Positions 52,769-62,110 are shown, counted from the first letter of the stretch. The stretch: 64,000 bases of DNA from Deltaproteobacteria bacterium (GCA_026129095.1 JAHCIT010000001.1:434245-498244); one strand, 5' to 3'. Program-made: numbers and translations. The notes: a model not told the origin generated them from the sequence alone.

Positions 52769-53386
52769 ATGAGCACCCCCTATATACGTGTAGTGACCCG
52801 TCTGCCCGGTGGCCGCCAGGATGAGGAGGATTTCCTGGAACTGGAAGAGTTCCTGGATCTGGTGCGCAGTTGCAGCCCTTCAATCGAGGCACTCCGGCAG
52901 GCACTTATCAATGGAACAGCCAATGTACACGAGATGATTTATCGGTGGAATCCCGCCGATGTACCTATCGGTCATATCGGCCGGTATTTGGCCAGTCTGC
53001 CGGGTCCGGATACCCGTTATCACCCGGACCGTTGTCAGGCGATCACCTATTACCCGCAGAAAGACCCTCTCACGACTTCGGCAAACGAATTCGGCATCAC
53101 GTTCCGGCGAACTGATTTGATCACCCCTGTTACCACGCGTCGCAAGCTTGAGCCTCTCTTATGGGACCGGTTGCTAGGCTACAGCACCCGGTTTCCGGTG
53201 AAGCATGTGGAGTTTGACCTTGCTTCCATCACCGACCGCTTTCAAGTGACAATCCCGGTTGTCGAGATCGTGCAGCTCCTGGAACTGCTCCATGCGAGCA
53301 GCTACCGCAGTTCGGGTGAGCTCTATGACGCACTCACAATCATCAAGCCAGAAACAATGGACTGGTTTTATTTGTGCGGAAGGTGA
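52769..53386 (+). CDS. Hypothetical protein
   Basis: ORF with AAGGA RBS, divergent from mlaC. Confidence 0.55.
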   Translation: MSTPYIRVVTRLPGGRQDEEDFLELEEFLDLVRSCSPSIEALRQALINGTANVHEMIYRWNPADVPIGHIGRYLASLPGPDTRYHPDRCQAITYYPQKDPLTTSANEFGITFRRTDLITPVTTRRKLEPLLWDRLLGYSTRFPVKHVEFDLASITDRFQVTIPVVEIVQLLELLHASSYRSSGELYDALTIIKPETMDWFYLCGR

Positions 53387-53389
53387 GAA

Positions 53390-53884
53390 TCAGCCCCGGT
53401 CCACCTTGAACTTCTGGCCCTGAACGATGCCCAGTTCGGCAGCGGCACCGGAAGGAAGCAGGAGCAGTTCAGTAACAGGCACCGGGCTCAAGGACGTAGA
53501 GGCCCGCTGAACCCCGATCGGGGCGCGTAACCCTGAGGCCACTCCAACCACGGTAAGTCGGTCCAGCCAGACCACATCTACATCCATCTTCATTCCCTCG
53601 GTCGAAAACCGACCCGGTTGTGGATTGCCAAAAGCCAGCAGGAGCCCACATGCCGCAGACAGGGATATCTGGTCTACAGGAGCCTTCGCCCGGCTCTCTT
53701 CGGTTTCGGCAATTTCGACTTCTATGGTAACCCCCGGCCGGATATGCATCCGGGTCCGGTCAAGGGTATACGTGGGTCCGGACATCCGCCGCTTCTTTCC
53801 ACCGCTACAGGCACTAATCCCCAACGGAAGAAAAATACAGAGTGACAGGCAGAGAAGACGCCGGTGGCTCTCACGCATTCCCAT
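53390..53884 (-). CDS. DUF192-family lipoprotein (divergent)
   Basis: Lipobox ISAC; VEIAET...DVVWLD...G.AAELGI..G. Confidence 0.65.
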   Translation of the reverse strand: MGMRESHRRLLCLSLCIFLPLGISACSGGKKRRMSGPTYTLDRTRMHIRPGVTIEVEIAETEESRAKAPVDQISLSAACGLLLAFGNPQPGRFSTEGMKMDVDVVWLDRLTVVGVASGLRAPIGVQRASTSLSPVPVTELLLLPSGAAAELGIVQGQKFKVDRG

Positions 53885-54860
53885 AAATCTCCTCGGAAAA
53901 ATGGCACGCAGCCAGCCGTCCCGGCTCTATCTCTCGCAGCGGCGGCGCTTCAGTGCGACAGTTTTCCTTGGCATGCGGGCACCGGGGGTGAAATGCACAG
54001 CCTGGGGGCGGATCAATTGGCGAAGGAACATCGCCTTTCAGGACGATCCGATTGCGAGCAACACCGGGCCCGGCTGCCGGTACTGCGGACATCAGTGCGG
54101 ACGTATAGGGATGAAACTGTTTACGCACCAGCATGTCAGCAGGGGAAAGTTCGACTATCCGGCCAAGATACATAACTGCGATCCGGCCGGAGATGAACTC
54201 AACGATCCGGAGATCGTGGGCAATGAACAGGTACGAGAGCCCCATCCGCTCCTGAAGATCCAGGAGAAGATTTACCACCTGTGCCTGAATGCTCACATCC
54301 AGTGCGGAAACCGGTTCATCACAAACAATGAATTCCGGCGATACGGCGACCGCACGAGCTATGCCAACCCGCTGACGCTGGCCACCAGAGAATTCGTGTG
54401 GATACCGGCTCATGGAGTCGGCTCGAAGACCCACCAGTTCGAGCAGTTCGCGCACCTTGTCGCGCCGCTCGTTTCTGGATGAAACCAGCCCGTGAACTTC
54501 CAGCGGTTCGCCGACGATTTCCTCAACGGTCATCCGGGGATTGAGGCTGGCATACGGATCCTGAAAGATCATTTGAACATGGCGGCGGAGTGGCCTCAGC
54601 TCACTTTCATCCAGTCCAGCGAGATTTTTCCCCCGAAACCATATTTCGCCCGACCGCGGCTTCACCAGCCGGACGATGGATCGGCCAAGCGTGGATTTGC
54701 CACAGCCCGATTCACCTACAAGACCTAGCGTTTCCCCCCGTGCCACCGACAGATCCACGCCATCCACCGCCTTGACCCAGCCCTTTACCGTGGACAGCAC
54801 CCCGCCCCGCACCGGAAAGTGCGTTCGAAGATCGCGTATTTCAATAACCGGCTCAGTCAT
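53871..54860 (-). CDS. oppF: Oligopeptide/dipeptide ABC transporter ATP-binding subunit (OppF/DppF type)
   Basis: [42 protein letters not shown]. Confidence 0.92.
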   Translation of the reverse strand: MTEPVIEIRDLRTHFPVRGGVLSTVKGWVKAVDGVDLSVARGETLGLVGESGCGKSTLGRSIVRLVKPRSGEIWFRGKNLAGLDESELRPLRRHVQMIFQDPYASLNPRMTVEEIVGEPLEVHGLVSSRNERRDKVRELLELVGLRADSMSRYPHEFSGGQRQRVGIARAVAVSPEFIVCDEPVSALDVSIQAQVVNLLLDLQERMGLSYLFIAHDLRIVEFISGRIAVMYLGRIVELSPADMLVRKQFHPYTSALMSAVPAAGPGVARNRIVLKGDVPSPIDPPPGCAFHPRCPHAKENCRTEAPPLREIEPGRLAACHFSEEIYGNA

Positions 54861-54934
54861 AGATGATGGATCACAGGATTTACTTTTGCGGTGACTACCC
54901 TAGCGCGGCTGCGAGTAATGGTTCAAACCGAGGG

Positions 54935-56008
54935 TCACTTCATTTTTCTGTACTTTTCCGCGGCAGCGTGATGACGCGCAGCTATTTCCACTGCCAGTGA
55001 GCGAGGCTCCAGCACTTCGGCGTCGTCACCAAAGCCAAGCAACCAGCCAGTAAGATCAGGAGTAAGACCGGTCACCATTGCCAGCACAACCGAGCCGTCT
55101 GGTTCTTTCCGGATCTTCTGACCCACAACATAGCGCCGCTCCGAAATAAAAGAGGCGACCCGCGGCGAGAACCGGATGCGAACAGTGACCGGCTCGCCCC
55201 GGATGATCCCAAAACTTCCTGAACAGTAGACCGATGGATCATAATCATCCGGATAATCGAACTTGCTGCCCCGGTTAACAGCGAATTTGCGTACCCGGTC
55301 AACGGCAAACGTGCGGATTGCTCCCGCTGTCTCGGAAAATCCGATCAGGTACAATCCCTCCTTGTAGGTAAGCATCGTGTATGGTCGCAGGCGATGTGGA
55401 TGGATTTCTCCATTTGGCACCCGGTAGCTCAAAGTCACTACGTACTGCCGGATCAGGGCATCAATAATATCATCCAGCAGATCCATCTGTTTCGCATAGG
55501 ACTTGGGGGCATCGGGGAGCGGAAAGAATTTCCGGTGAAATGTCCGAAGCTGAGCCAGATCACCCGGTGACATCGTCCGCTCAAACCGCTCGAAAAGAGC
55601 ATCAATATCGGCGCGGAAGTTCGTCCCCGCAAGAAAATGGCTCTGCGCACGAATTACATATAGTGAGATCACTTCCGCAAGTCCCAGCGTCAGTTGCGGT
55701 GCCCGGCTGAAACCGGACTGAAGACGAATCAGAAGCCGGCCATCAGGCTGGGTTTCCTTGACAAGCGGATATCCTTGCCTGTCCAGAAGGTCCAGATCCC
55801 GGTAGACGGTCCGGCGGCTCATGCGGTAGAGCGAGGCGATCTCATCCACTGTGATCCCGTGCCGGCTCGAAATGGTCCTGACGAGATCACCCAACCGGGC
55901 CGATAGCCTGATCGCTGGTGTGTCTCGACTGCGGACCGCCTTGGGTGGCTTCGCCTTCGGAGGGCGACCGGGCCCCCGGCGAAAGCGCCGCTTTGGCCTC
56001 CCCAGCAT
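54935..56008 (-). CDS. HTH-WYL-WCX transcriptional regulator
   Basis: SRRTVYRDL HTH; L.Y...H.LRPY....LYLIG...RTFAVDR; WLLGFGD.AEVLEP. Confidence 0.92.
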   Translation of the reverse strand: MLGRPKRRFRRGPGRPPKAKPPKAVRSRDTPAIRLSARLGDLVRTISSRHGITVDEIASLYRMSRRTVYRDLDLLDRQGYPLVKETQPDGRLLIRLQSGFSRAPQLTLGLAEVISLYVIRAQSHFLAGTNFRADIDALFERFERTMSPGDLAQLRTFHRKFFPLPDAPKSYAKQMDLLDDIIDALIRQYVVTLSYRVPNGEIHPHRLRPYTMLTYKEGLYLIGFSETAGAIRTFAVDRVRKFAVNRGSKFDYPDDYDPSVYCSGSFGIIRGEPVTVRIRFSPRVASFISERRYVVGQKIRKEPDGSVVLAMVTGLTPDLTGWLLGFGDDAEVLEPRSLAVEIAARHHAAAEKYRKMK

Positions 56009-56013
56009 GTTGC

Positions 56014-56523
56014 TCAGTTCCTCCGGCTGGATCCGGTTCCACCGGAACCGGTCAGAAGCGCCACTGCGAATGCAGCAATGCCTTCATTACGGCCAATGGC
56101 ACCCAGTCCCTCATTGGTAGTCGCCTTGATGCCGATCTGTGACGGCACAAGGCCCATTTCAGCAGCCATGACCCGTGCCATTTCCGGTGCGTGTTTCATC
56201 ACCCTGGGTTTTTCCCCGACGAGTGTCGAGTCCACGTTGACGATCTCCCAGCCTTCGGCGCGAACCCGGCGGCAGACTTCCTGTAGCATGACAAGGCTCG
56301 ATACATCCTTCCATTTCGCATCGGTATTGGGGAACAGTTGGCCAATGTCCCCTAGGCTCGCCGCGCCAAGAAGCGCATCCATGATCGCATGGATGAGCAC
56401 GTCGGCATCGGAATGACCATCAGGACCAACATCGGACGGAATTTCCACGCCACCCAGTACACAGCGACGTCCAGCCGTAAGCCGGTGAATGTCATAGCCA
56501 TGTCCGATCCGGAGTTTCGTCAT
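56014..56523 (-). CDS. ispF: 2-C-methyl-D-erythritol 2,4-cyclodiphosphate synthase
   Basis: RIGHGYDIH, GHSDADV, GDIG, KATTNE. Confidence 0.97.
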   Translation of the reverse strand: MTKLRIGHGYDIHRLTAGRRCVLGGVEIPSDVGPDGHSDADVLIHAIMDALLGAASLGDIGQLFPNTDAKWKDVSSLVMLQEVCRRVRAEGWEIVNVDSTLVGEKPRVMKHAPEMARVMAAEMGLVPSQIGIKATTNEGLGAIGRNEGIAAFAVALLTGSGGTGSSRRN

Positions 56524-56531
56524 TCTCCCGG

Positions 56532-57251
56532 TCAGGCCGGAACCTCCGCAAGCTTCACCAGGTCCCCGCGTACCAAAGCTTCAGCAACGGCAAGGTCTTC
56601 TGGTGTCGTGATCTTGATGTTTTCCACATTACCTGCGACCAGTTTCACGGTCCTGCCCATCCATTCAAGGAGCTGGCAGTCGTCGGTACCGGGAGTTTCG
56701 CGAGTGGCGGCCCGTTCATGGGCCTTCTTTATCCATTCGGCGCGAAATACCTGCGGTGTCTGGACAGTCCATAAAGGCGCTCGATCAACTGTCTCCATGA
56801 TGATGTCCGGTGATGCCGGTCCGACCTTTTTCACCGTCTCGCGCATCTTGATCCCAACTGTTGATGCGCCACTCTCGCCGGCACTTTTCACTGCCGCCTG
56901 TACCGCCGCCGGTGAAACGAGAGGCCTTACCGCATCGTGAACCAGGATCAGATCGCTATCCTCTGCTTCAGGAAGAGCCTGGATTCCCTTGTAAACCGAA
57001 TGCTGACGTTCGGTTCCGCCCGGAACTACTTTGGTGTTGCCCCGCCATTGCGCCGGAATAAGGGCACTCACCAGTTCAAGATCGGCCGCCGGAGCTACAA
57101 CCACAGTATTCACCGGGTGTACACTCTCACGGATGCGGCCTATTGAGCGGAGCAGAATGGGCCGTCCTCCGAGTTCCAGGTACTGTTTTCGGACCGGTCC
57201 CCCGAACCTCACTCCGGAACCCCCGGCCACAATAACGGCGAATAAACGCAT
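56532..57251 (-). CDS. ispD: 2-C-methyl-D-erythritol 4-phosphate cytidylyltransferase
   Basis: AGGSGVRFG, KQY, GG.ERQ.SV, VHDAVRP, VQTPQ, TDD, NIKITT. Confidence 0.96.
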   Translation of the reverse strand: MRLFAVIVAGGSGVRFGGPVRKQYLELGGRPILLRSIGRIRESVHPVNTVVVAPAADLELVSALIPAQWRGNTKVVPGGTERQHSVYKGIQALPEAEDSDLILVHDAVRPLVSPAAVQAAVKSAGESGASTVGIKMRETVKKVGPASPDIIMETVDRAPLWTVQTPQVFRAEWIKKAHERAATRETPGTDDCQLLEWMGRTVKLVAGNVENIKITTPEDLAVAEALVRGDLVKLAEVPA

Positions 57252-57377
57252 GGCGACAAGGAGAGTAGCAGCGGTTTCGCCCGGACCAAAACGGACACAT
57301 CACCCCCGCAAAAACCACGGCCCCGTTACCGGGGCCGCAGATATTTCAGATTGCATGGCGCCCGGGCGCCGACGTGT

Positions 57378-57971
57378 TTACGCCTGCGCGGCGTGAACGG
57401 TGCGACGGGCACGGGTCTGCTGGATCGGAATCTTCGCCTTGGCCGGACGCTTCACACCCTCGGTAGAAGCGCGCTGGGCGGTCTTTTCGAGTATCTTGTC
57501 CACTTCGCCCAGGATATCGGCCTCTGCCTTCTTCTTCGCAATGGCGAGTTCATGCACCAGCAGCGAGCGCGCCTCATCAAGCATCTTGCGCTCGCCGAAG
57601 GAAAGGTCTTTTTCGATTTTCATGATGCACAGGTCCCGCAGAACTTCGGCGATCTGGAAAACCGAACCGGTCTTGATCTTGTCACTGTATTCACGATACC
57701 GCCGATTCCAGGTCTGCGTATCGACCGAGATCTCCCGCTCCTTGAGGATCTTGAACACGCGGTTCACCTGGGCCGAATCGATCACTTTGCGCAGTCCCAC
57801 CGTTACCACGTTGTCCACCGGAATCATCACGGTCATCTCGCTCTTCAGAATCCGGAGAATGAAAAAACGCATGCGGTTACCGGCAATTTCACGCTCTTCA
57901 AGCCGCTCGATCTGGCCTACGCCATGACCGGGGTACACTGCCAGATCCTTTACCTTGAAAGCTTCGCCCAT
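57378..57971 (-). CDS. carD: CarD/CdnL RNA polymerase-binding factor
   Basis: VYPGHGVG, MIPV..VGLR, TWNRRYRE, LSFGERKML. Confidence 0.95.
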   Translation of the reverse strand: MGEAFKVKDLAVYPGHGVGQIERLEEREIAGNRMRFFILRILKSEMTVMIPVDNVVTVGLRKVIDSAQVNRVFKILKEREISVDTQTWNRRYREYSDKIKTGSVFQIAEVLRDLCIMKIEKDLSFGERKMLDEARSLLVHELAIAKKKAEADILGEVDKILEKTAQRASTEGVKRPAKAKIPIQQTRARRTVHAAQA

Positions 57972-58195
57972 AGCACTTCTCTTTCCTTCAGGTCCTCACC
58001 ACCCGTATTTTCATCCGCTGTGGCCTTCGCCACCGGCTAAAAAAGCCCCTCAGGTCATACTGAACCAGTAGTCCCGCCGGGAGTTATTTAAGCCAGTCTC
58101 ATGCCGCCCGCAGAGAAAATACGCCAGAGGAAGATTTACACGGCCTAGGTCGGCTTTCAGAGCCTAGTCGACCAGATTCCGCGTAGCTGGGCGCA

Positions 58196-58224
58196 TTTTT
58201 ACCATTTGGGTGCTGAAAAGTCAA
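58196..58224 (-). promoter_or_regulatory. Putative sigma70 promoter for carD operon
   Basis: Minus strand TTGACT-17 bp-TAAAAA. Confidence 0.35.
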
Positions 58225-58282
58225 TCAAAGGATGATCGCGGGCCCGCCAGCGGCACTATGCCGCAGCCATTTTGGAAATGGA

Positions 58283-58295
58283 ATAACCCATTGAT
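58283..58295 (-). promoter_or_regulatory. IHF-like site
   Basis: TAACCCATTGATA matches the YAANNNNTTGATW consensus. Confidence 0.45.
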
Positions 58296-58403
58296 ATTAC
58301 TTCATTTTTATTTGCATCCCTAGTCACTGTTACATGCAGGAAACTCGCTGCCGCATGGTGTCAATGAGCCATCGGGTTGAGTTGTCAAATCGGTGTAAAG
58401 CGC

Positions 58404-58472
58404 CACCTAACTTGGCAGCGCCCTTTCACCTAATTTGGCAGCGCCCCCGAATCACCTAATTTGGCAGCGCCC
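58404..58472. repeat. Three 20-bp direct repeats, probable transposase-binding sites
   Basis: CACCTAA(C/T)TTGGCAGCGCCC at 58404, 58427 and 58453, starting 10 bp inside TGTAAAGCGC. Confidence 0.88.
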
Positions 58473-58494
58473 CTCCTGAGTTTGATGGTCCACA

Positions 58495-59103
58495 TCACTT
58501 TGCCTTGGCGGCGCCATCTTCTTCATCTTCTTCCCACCACTTCCGTCCGGTGGCCCGGTCCGCCGTGGCGGGATCCGAGTCCGGGCACCGTGAGAAGCCC
58601 ATGCTTTTGTGGAAATCCGTGCCGCCTGGGTAGACCTGAACCGCCACGCCGGTCGAGACGCCCCAGTCGGCCAGTTTCATGCAAATTACGGTCGCCAATC
58701 CATCCTTGCGGCCGGGGCCCCATAATGCCCATACATCCCATCTCAGCTCCACAAGGAGCTGCGACAGGTTCTCGATCCAGCGGTAGTTCACGACATCCTC
58801 GTCCGCCGCGATCTCCTTCAGTGCCTTGGCGAGGAGATCTTTCCGGCCCTTAAACGGGGCTGGCTCGTAAGGACCCCGCACGGGTTTTTCACCCTCCGGT
58901 GCCACCGCTTGGGGTGGCTCGGACACCGGTTCTGGCGGCGGTTTCACTGGGGCTTTAACGGCCGTTTGAACGGCGGGCGGCCTGCCAGCAGACGGGGTGG
59001 ACGGGTCGGTACAGTTCATCACGACCTGTAGAGAGATCGCCGCAGCCCCGATTCCGAGCAGCACCCGCGGCACCATTGGCGATTTTGGCGGATCCGGTTC
59101 CAT
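58495..59103 (-). CDS. Phage-end membrane-anchored Pro-rich hypothetical protein
   Basis: GAGG RBS; N-terminal TM helix, Pro-rich linker, small C-terminal domain. Confidence 0.6.
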   Translation of the reverse strand: MEPDPPKSPMVPRVLLGIGAAAISLQVVMNCTDPSTPSAGRPPAVQTAVKAPVKPPPEPVSEPPQAVAPEGEKPVRGPYEPAPFKGRKDLLAKALKEIAADEDVVNYRWIENLSQLLVELRWDVWALWGPGRKDGLATVICMKLADWGVSTGVAVQVYPGGTDFHKSMGFSRCPDSDPATADRATGRKWWEEDEEDGAAKAK

Positions 59104-59133
59104 GCACCTCACCTTATCACCCACGCTCCATTC

Positions 59134-59897
59134 CTACCAGTTCAGGAACACCAGCTCGGTGGCCTTCTTGTTGTGGCCGGACGACGCCCCGGTGGTATAG
59201 GTGATCTTTACCCGCCTGCGGCGGAAGGCCCCGAACACCTCGCGCATCTCGGGAATGTCGCTCACGCTCAGGACCGCCTTGCCCTTGATACCGGCCAGCA
59301 GGCTCGCCATCTCCCTGAACTGTTCCAGAGCGAAGGGGGCACCGTATTCCGCATATCCCAGGTAGGGCGGGTCCAGGTAGAACAGCGTGTGAGGCTTGTC
59401 GTAACGCTTCAGGCACTCGGCCCAGTCGAGCGACTCGATGGTCACCCGGTTCAGCCGGAGGTGCGCGGCCGACAGTTCCTCCTCGATCCGGAGCAGATTC
59501 AGGCGCGGTGGACGGTAGGTCCCCGGCGCGAACGTCCGCGACGTCGGTATCCCGCTGAACACATGCTTCTGTATGTAGTAGAACCGCGCCGCCCGCTGGA
59601 TGTCGGTCAGCGTCCCCGGCGGTGTCTCCAGCGACCACTCGAACAGCTTCCGGCTGGTCAGCGCCCACCGGAACTGTCTCACGAACTCCTCCAGGTGGTG
59701 CTTCACCACCCGGTAGAGGTTGACGAGCTCGCCGTTCAGGTCGTTCAGGACTTCCACCTTCGACGGCTCCTTCAGGAAAAAAGCCCGGCCGCGCCGGCGA
59801 AAGGCTCCACGTAGCAGCTATGCTCCGGGAACAGGGGGAGGATCTGTGGCGCGAGACGGCGCTTGCCGCCGAACCACGGTACGACCGGTTTGCTCAT
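59134..59897 (-). pseudogene. D12-class N6-adenine DNA methyltransferase split by a 1-nt frameshift in a T6 run
   Basis: Frame 1 MSKPVVPWFGGKRRL...YVEPFAGAAGLFS* (59897-59772); the other frame continues LKEPSKVEVLNDLNG...YLDPPY; one extra T at 59777-59782 restores a 254-aa ORF. Confidence 0.85.
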
Positions 59898-59920
59898 GAG
59901 CGTTCCTTTTGGCTAGAGCA

Positions 59921-60035
59921 GTCCCGCCGCGTACGTGGCGGGACGCCTTCGCCCGAAGCTCACGGTCTCGTTTACCGTGGGTCAGGGGGCCGGGCGGTGC
60001 GCTGCATACGCACCTCCCCGGCCGCGTCCTCTTTC
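59921..60035. ncRNA. Putative structured RNA (leader or antisense) upstream of the methylase
   Basis: Four consecutive hairpins fill the intergenic space; the last is followed by TCCTCTTT on the + strand. Confidence 0.4.
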
Positions 60036-60036
60036 A

Positions 60037-60159
60037 TCAGCACGCCCCGCCGTCCCCGCCGTCATCCCACTTGTGCAGCACGAACCCGGTGGCGAAGAGC
60101 GCCGCCAGCGCCAGCAGGCACAGGAGAAACCACGGGTCGTGGAACGGCGGCACCTGCAT
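60037..60159 (-). CDS. 40-aa single-TM peptide (not in ORF track)
   Basis: MQVPPFHDPWFLLCLLALAALFATGFVLHKWDDGGDGGAC*; TGATG coupling to upstream ORF. Confidence 0.55.
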   Translation of the reverse strand: MQVPPFHDPWFLLCLLALAALFATGFVLHKWDDGGDGGAC

Positions 60160-60359
60160 CAGCTTTTCTTACCGCCGCTCTCCGGATCCCGGCCCGCCAC
60201 TTTCGCGGACCTCCTGCTCTCGCGGGCCGAGCGCGTGGCCGCCTCTAGCGCCTTGCGGATACGGCCCGGCTCGATGACCGGCCGGGCAGCTGCCCTCGCG
60301 GGCCGCTTCCGGGGCTTCAGGCCCAGTTCGGCGAACTGCTTCAAATCAATCGGTTTCAT
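60159..60359 (-). CDS. 66-aa basic hypothetical protein
   Basis: MKPIDLKQFAELGLKPRKRP...; GGAGG RBS, ATGA overlap with upstream gene. Confidence 0.55.
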   Translation of the reverse strand: MKPIDLKQFAELGLKPRKRPARAAARPVIEPGRIRKALEAATRSARESRRSAKVAGRDPESGGKKS

Positions 60360-61660
60360 GGTTCCTCCGGTGGGGGAGCCACATACGGCCCCTTCTTCAC
60401 GATCATCAGGTTGCGCCGCCTGACGATCCACGCCTCGTCGTCGGTCTTCTCGCACATGACGGCCAGCACGTCGCCGGCGGCGACCATAACGCCGGCGGCG
60501 GTGAACACGTTGGTGGCCGGCTCGCCGTCAACAGCCAGCCCGGAGACCGTCTTGTGTTCGGTCGCTGTCATCAGATCATCGATGGTGGCCACGGTGTAGG
60601 TCAGTCCACCCGCCGCCGCCTCCGGTGCCGTCTCGTGCGCCGAGAACAGCACCTCGTATTCGCCCGCCTCCTCCTCGCTCGCGCCGAGGCCGAACAGGTA
60701 GGCCACCGGGGCGGCAGCCTCATGACTCAGCATCGCCGCGCCGGAGTCCTCGTAGGAATACGCCTGCGTCCCGCCGCCGAACGGCACCACGACCGGAAAC
60801 CCTTCGCTGTCGGTGCCGCTGATCCGGCCGACCGGCTCGGTCTGCCCCGGCCGGAAGGCGTAGCCGTGCATGCCACTGCCGTCGAGATCGGAAGGGAATC
60901 CGCCCGCCGAGGCGAACACCGTGGCGAGCCACGGCTGGTTCGCAATGACCAGCATCGGGTCGCCTTCGGCGTCCGTCACCAGCGACTCGAACACGTTCTG
61001 GAGCGGGGTCAGCATGTCGATGGCAATCTTCCTGAGCGTGCCGCCGATGGGCCACGCCGAAAGTTTCTTGCCCGTTCCAGTCGTTGGGTCACCTGGCACT
61101 GAAGCACCGCCAAGGTTGCCCAGCGCCATCGCCGATTCGTCTCCGACGCCGAGGACCACCAGCCAGTCTGCATCCGTGTCGTCGTCGGAATTGAAGACGA
61201 CCAGCATCTGCTCGAGGTCAGCAAGGCTCGCCCCCTCGCCCGGCGTGATCGTGTAGTTACCCTCGCTCTCGGCGATGTCCCAGACGCCAGGCAGTTCCAC
61301 CGGGGTGGTTTCGAGGCTCAAAGGCTCCTGCGGGGAGCGGCTGGCGAACAGCCGTGGGTCCGCGCCGCCTTCGCCGTCGGCCCCGTCTTCTCCATCTTCG
61401 CCATCCGCACCAACCTCGCCTGGCGCGCCGTCCACCGACAGCAGCAGCCAGTGTTCGGTATACTCGGCTGGCGCGACCGGCAGCGGATTGCCCACGTTCC
61501 CGTTCGTCCGGCTCAGGAACAGCGCGCCACGGCCGTCCCATGTGCCACGGACGCCGTCGGCCCGGTAGTAGGTCTCGTTCTCGTCGTAGGTCTCGAGCGG
61601 GTTCAGGTTGATGGCCAGCGGCAGCAGGGCGCGGGCCTCTTCACTCAGTTTCCAGGTCAT
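60356..61660 (-). CDS. Acidic phage protein with short collagen-like segment (possible accessory fibre/structural protein)
   Basis: GAPGEVGADGEDGEDGADGEGG; N-terminal Y...Y...G..F...N.G...W motif; GAAAGG RBS. Confidence 0.65.
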   Translation of the reverse strand: MTWKLSEEARALLPLAINLNPLETYDENETYYRADGVRGTWDGRGALFLSRTNGNVGNPLPVAPAEYTEHWLLLSVDGAPGEVGADGEDGEDGADGEGGADPRLFASRSPQEPLSLETTPVELPGVWDIAESEGNYTITPGEGASLADLEQMLVVFNSDDDTDADWLVVLGVGDESAMALGNLGGASVPGDPTTGTGKKLSAWPIGGTLRKIAIDMLTPLQNVFESLVTDAEGDPMLVIANQPWLATVFASAGGFPSDLDGSGMHGYAFRPGQTEPVGRISGTDSEGFPVVVPFGGGTQAYSYEDSGAAMLSHEAAAPVAYLFGLGASEEEAGEYEVLFSAHETAPEAAAGGLTYTVATIDDLMTATEHKTVSGLAVDGEPATNVFTAAGVMVAAGDVLAVMCEKTDDEAWIVRRRNLMIVKKGPYVAPPPEEP

Positions 61661-61696
61661 GTTCAAACGTCCTTTCACCGCCGTTTCAGGCGGCCT

Positions 61697-62110
61697 TTAC
61701 CGGCGCGGGTAGCTCCACACCGTGCCGTGAATCTTGTGGCCCGCTTCCAGCGTGTCCGGCCGTACCTCGAGGAGGAGGAACGGCGGCAGGTCGTCCTCGG
61801 CGATGTCCACCGACACCCGGCCCCCATCCGTGGTGCCATCGAACACCACCTCGCCCGACGGCAGTTCGCACGGCTCCCAGGGCCAGTCTGCCGACGCGAG
61901 CGCCCCCTCGGGGTCCGGGGAAACCGCAAAGCCGCTCGACACCTGACGCGGGTCCACGGCGGAGGCCAGCAGGGACACCTCGCCGGAGTTCCATTCGTCC
62001 TTCGTCTCGCCCTCGCCCCACAGCCTCACCACCACGCGGCGGAGGTTGCGGCAGTCGATCAGGTGCCTGCCGCCTGGACCGAGCTCGACGGCTTTCGGGT
62101 CGTAGTTCAT
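61697..62110 (-). CDS. Phage hypothetical protein
   Basis: AGGAG RBS, ATGA overlap with upstream ORF. Confidence 0.65.
   Translation of the reverse strand: MNYDPKAVELGPGGRHLIDCRNLRRVVVRLWGEGETKDEWNSGEVSLLASAVDPRQVSSGFAVSPDPEGALASADWPWEPCELPSGEVVFDGTTDGGRVSVDIAEDDLPPFLLLEVRPDTLEAGHKIHGTVWSYPRR

Noticed and set aside
58383-58393. Alternative phage terminus at TGTCAAAT (58383)
   Set aside because: The TG at 58394 is closer to the first repeat, as expected for a transposon end; not fully excluded without seeing the other end
58404-58472. Mini CRISPR array
   Set aside because: Gaps between repeats are only 3 and 6 bp, no cas genes are present, and the position next to a TG terminus fits transposase sites
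59134-59757. 207-aa ORF as an intact methyltransferase
   Set aside because: It lacks the SAM-binding motif, which lies upstream in another frame
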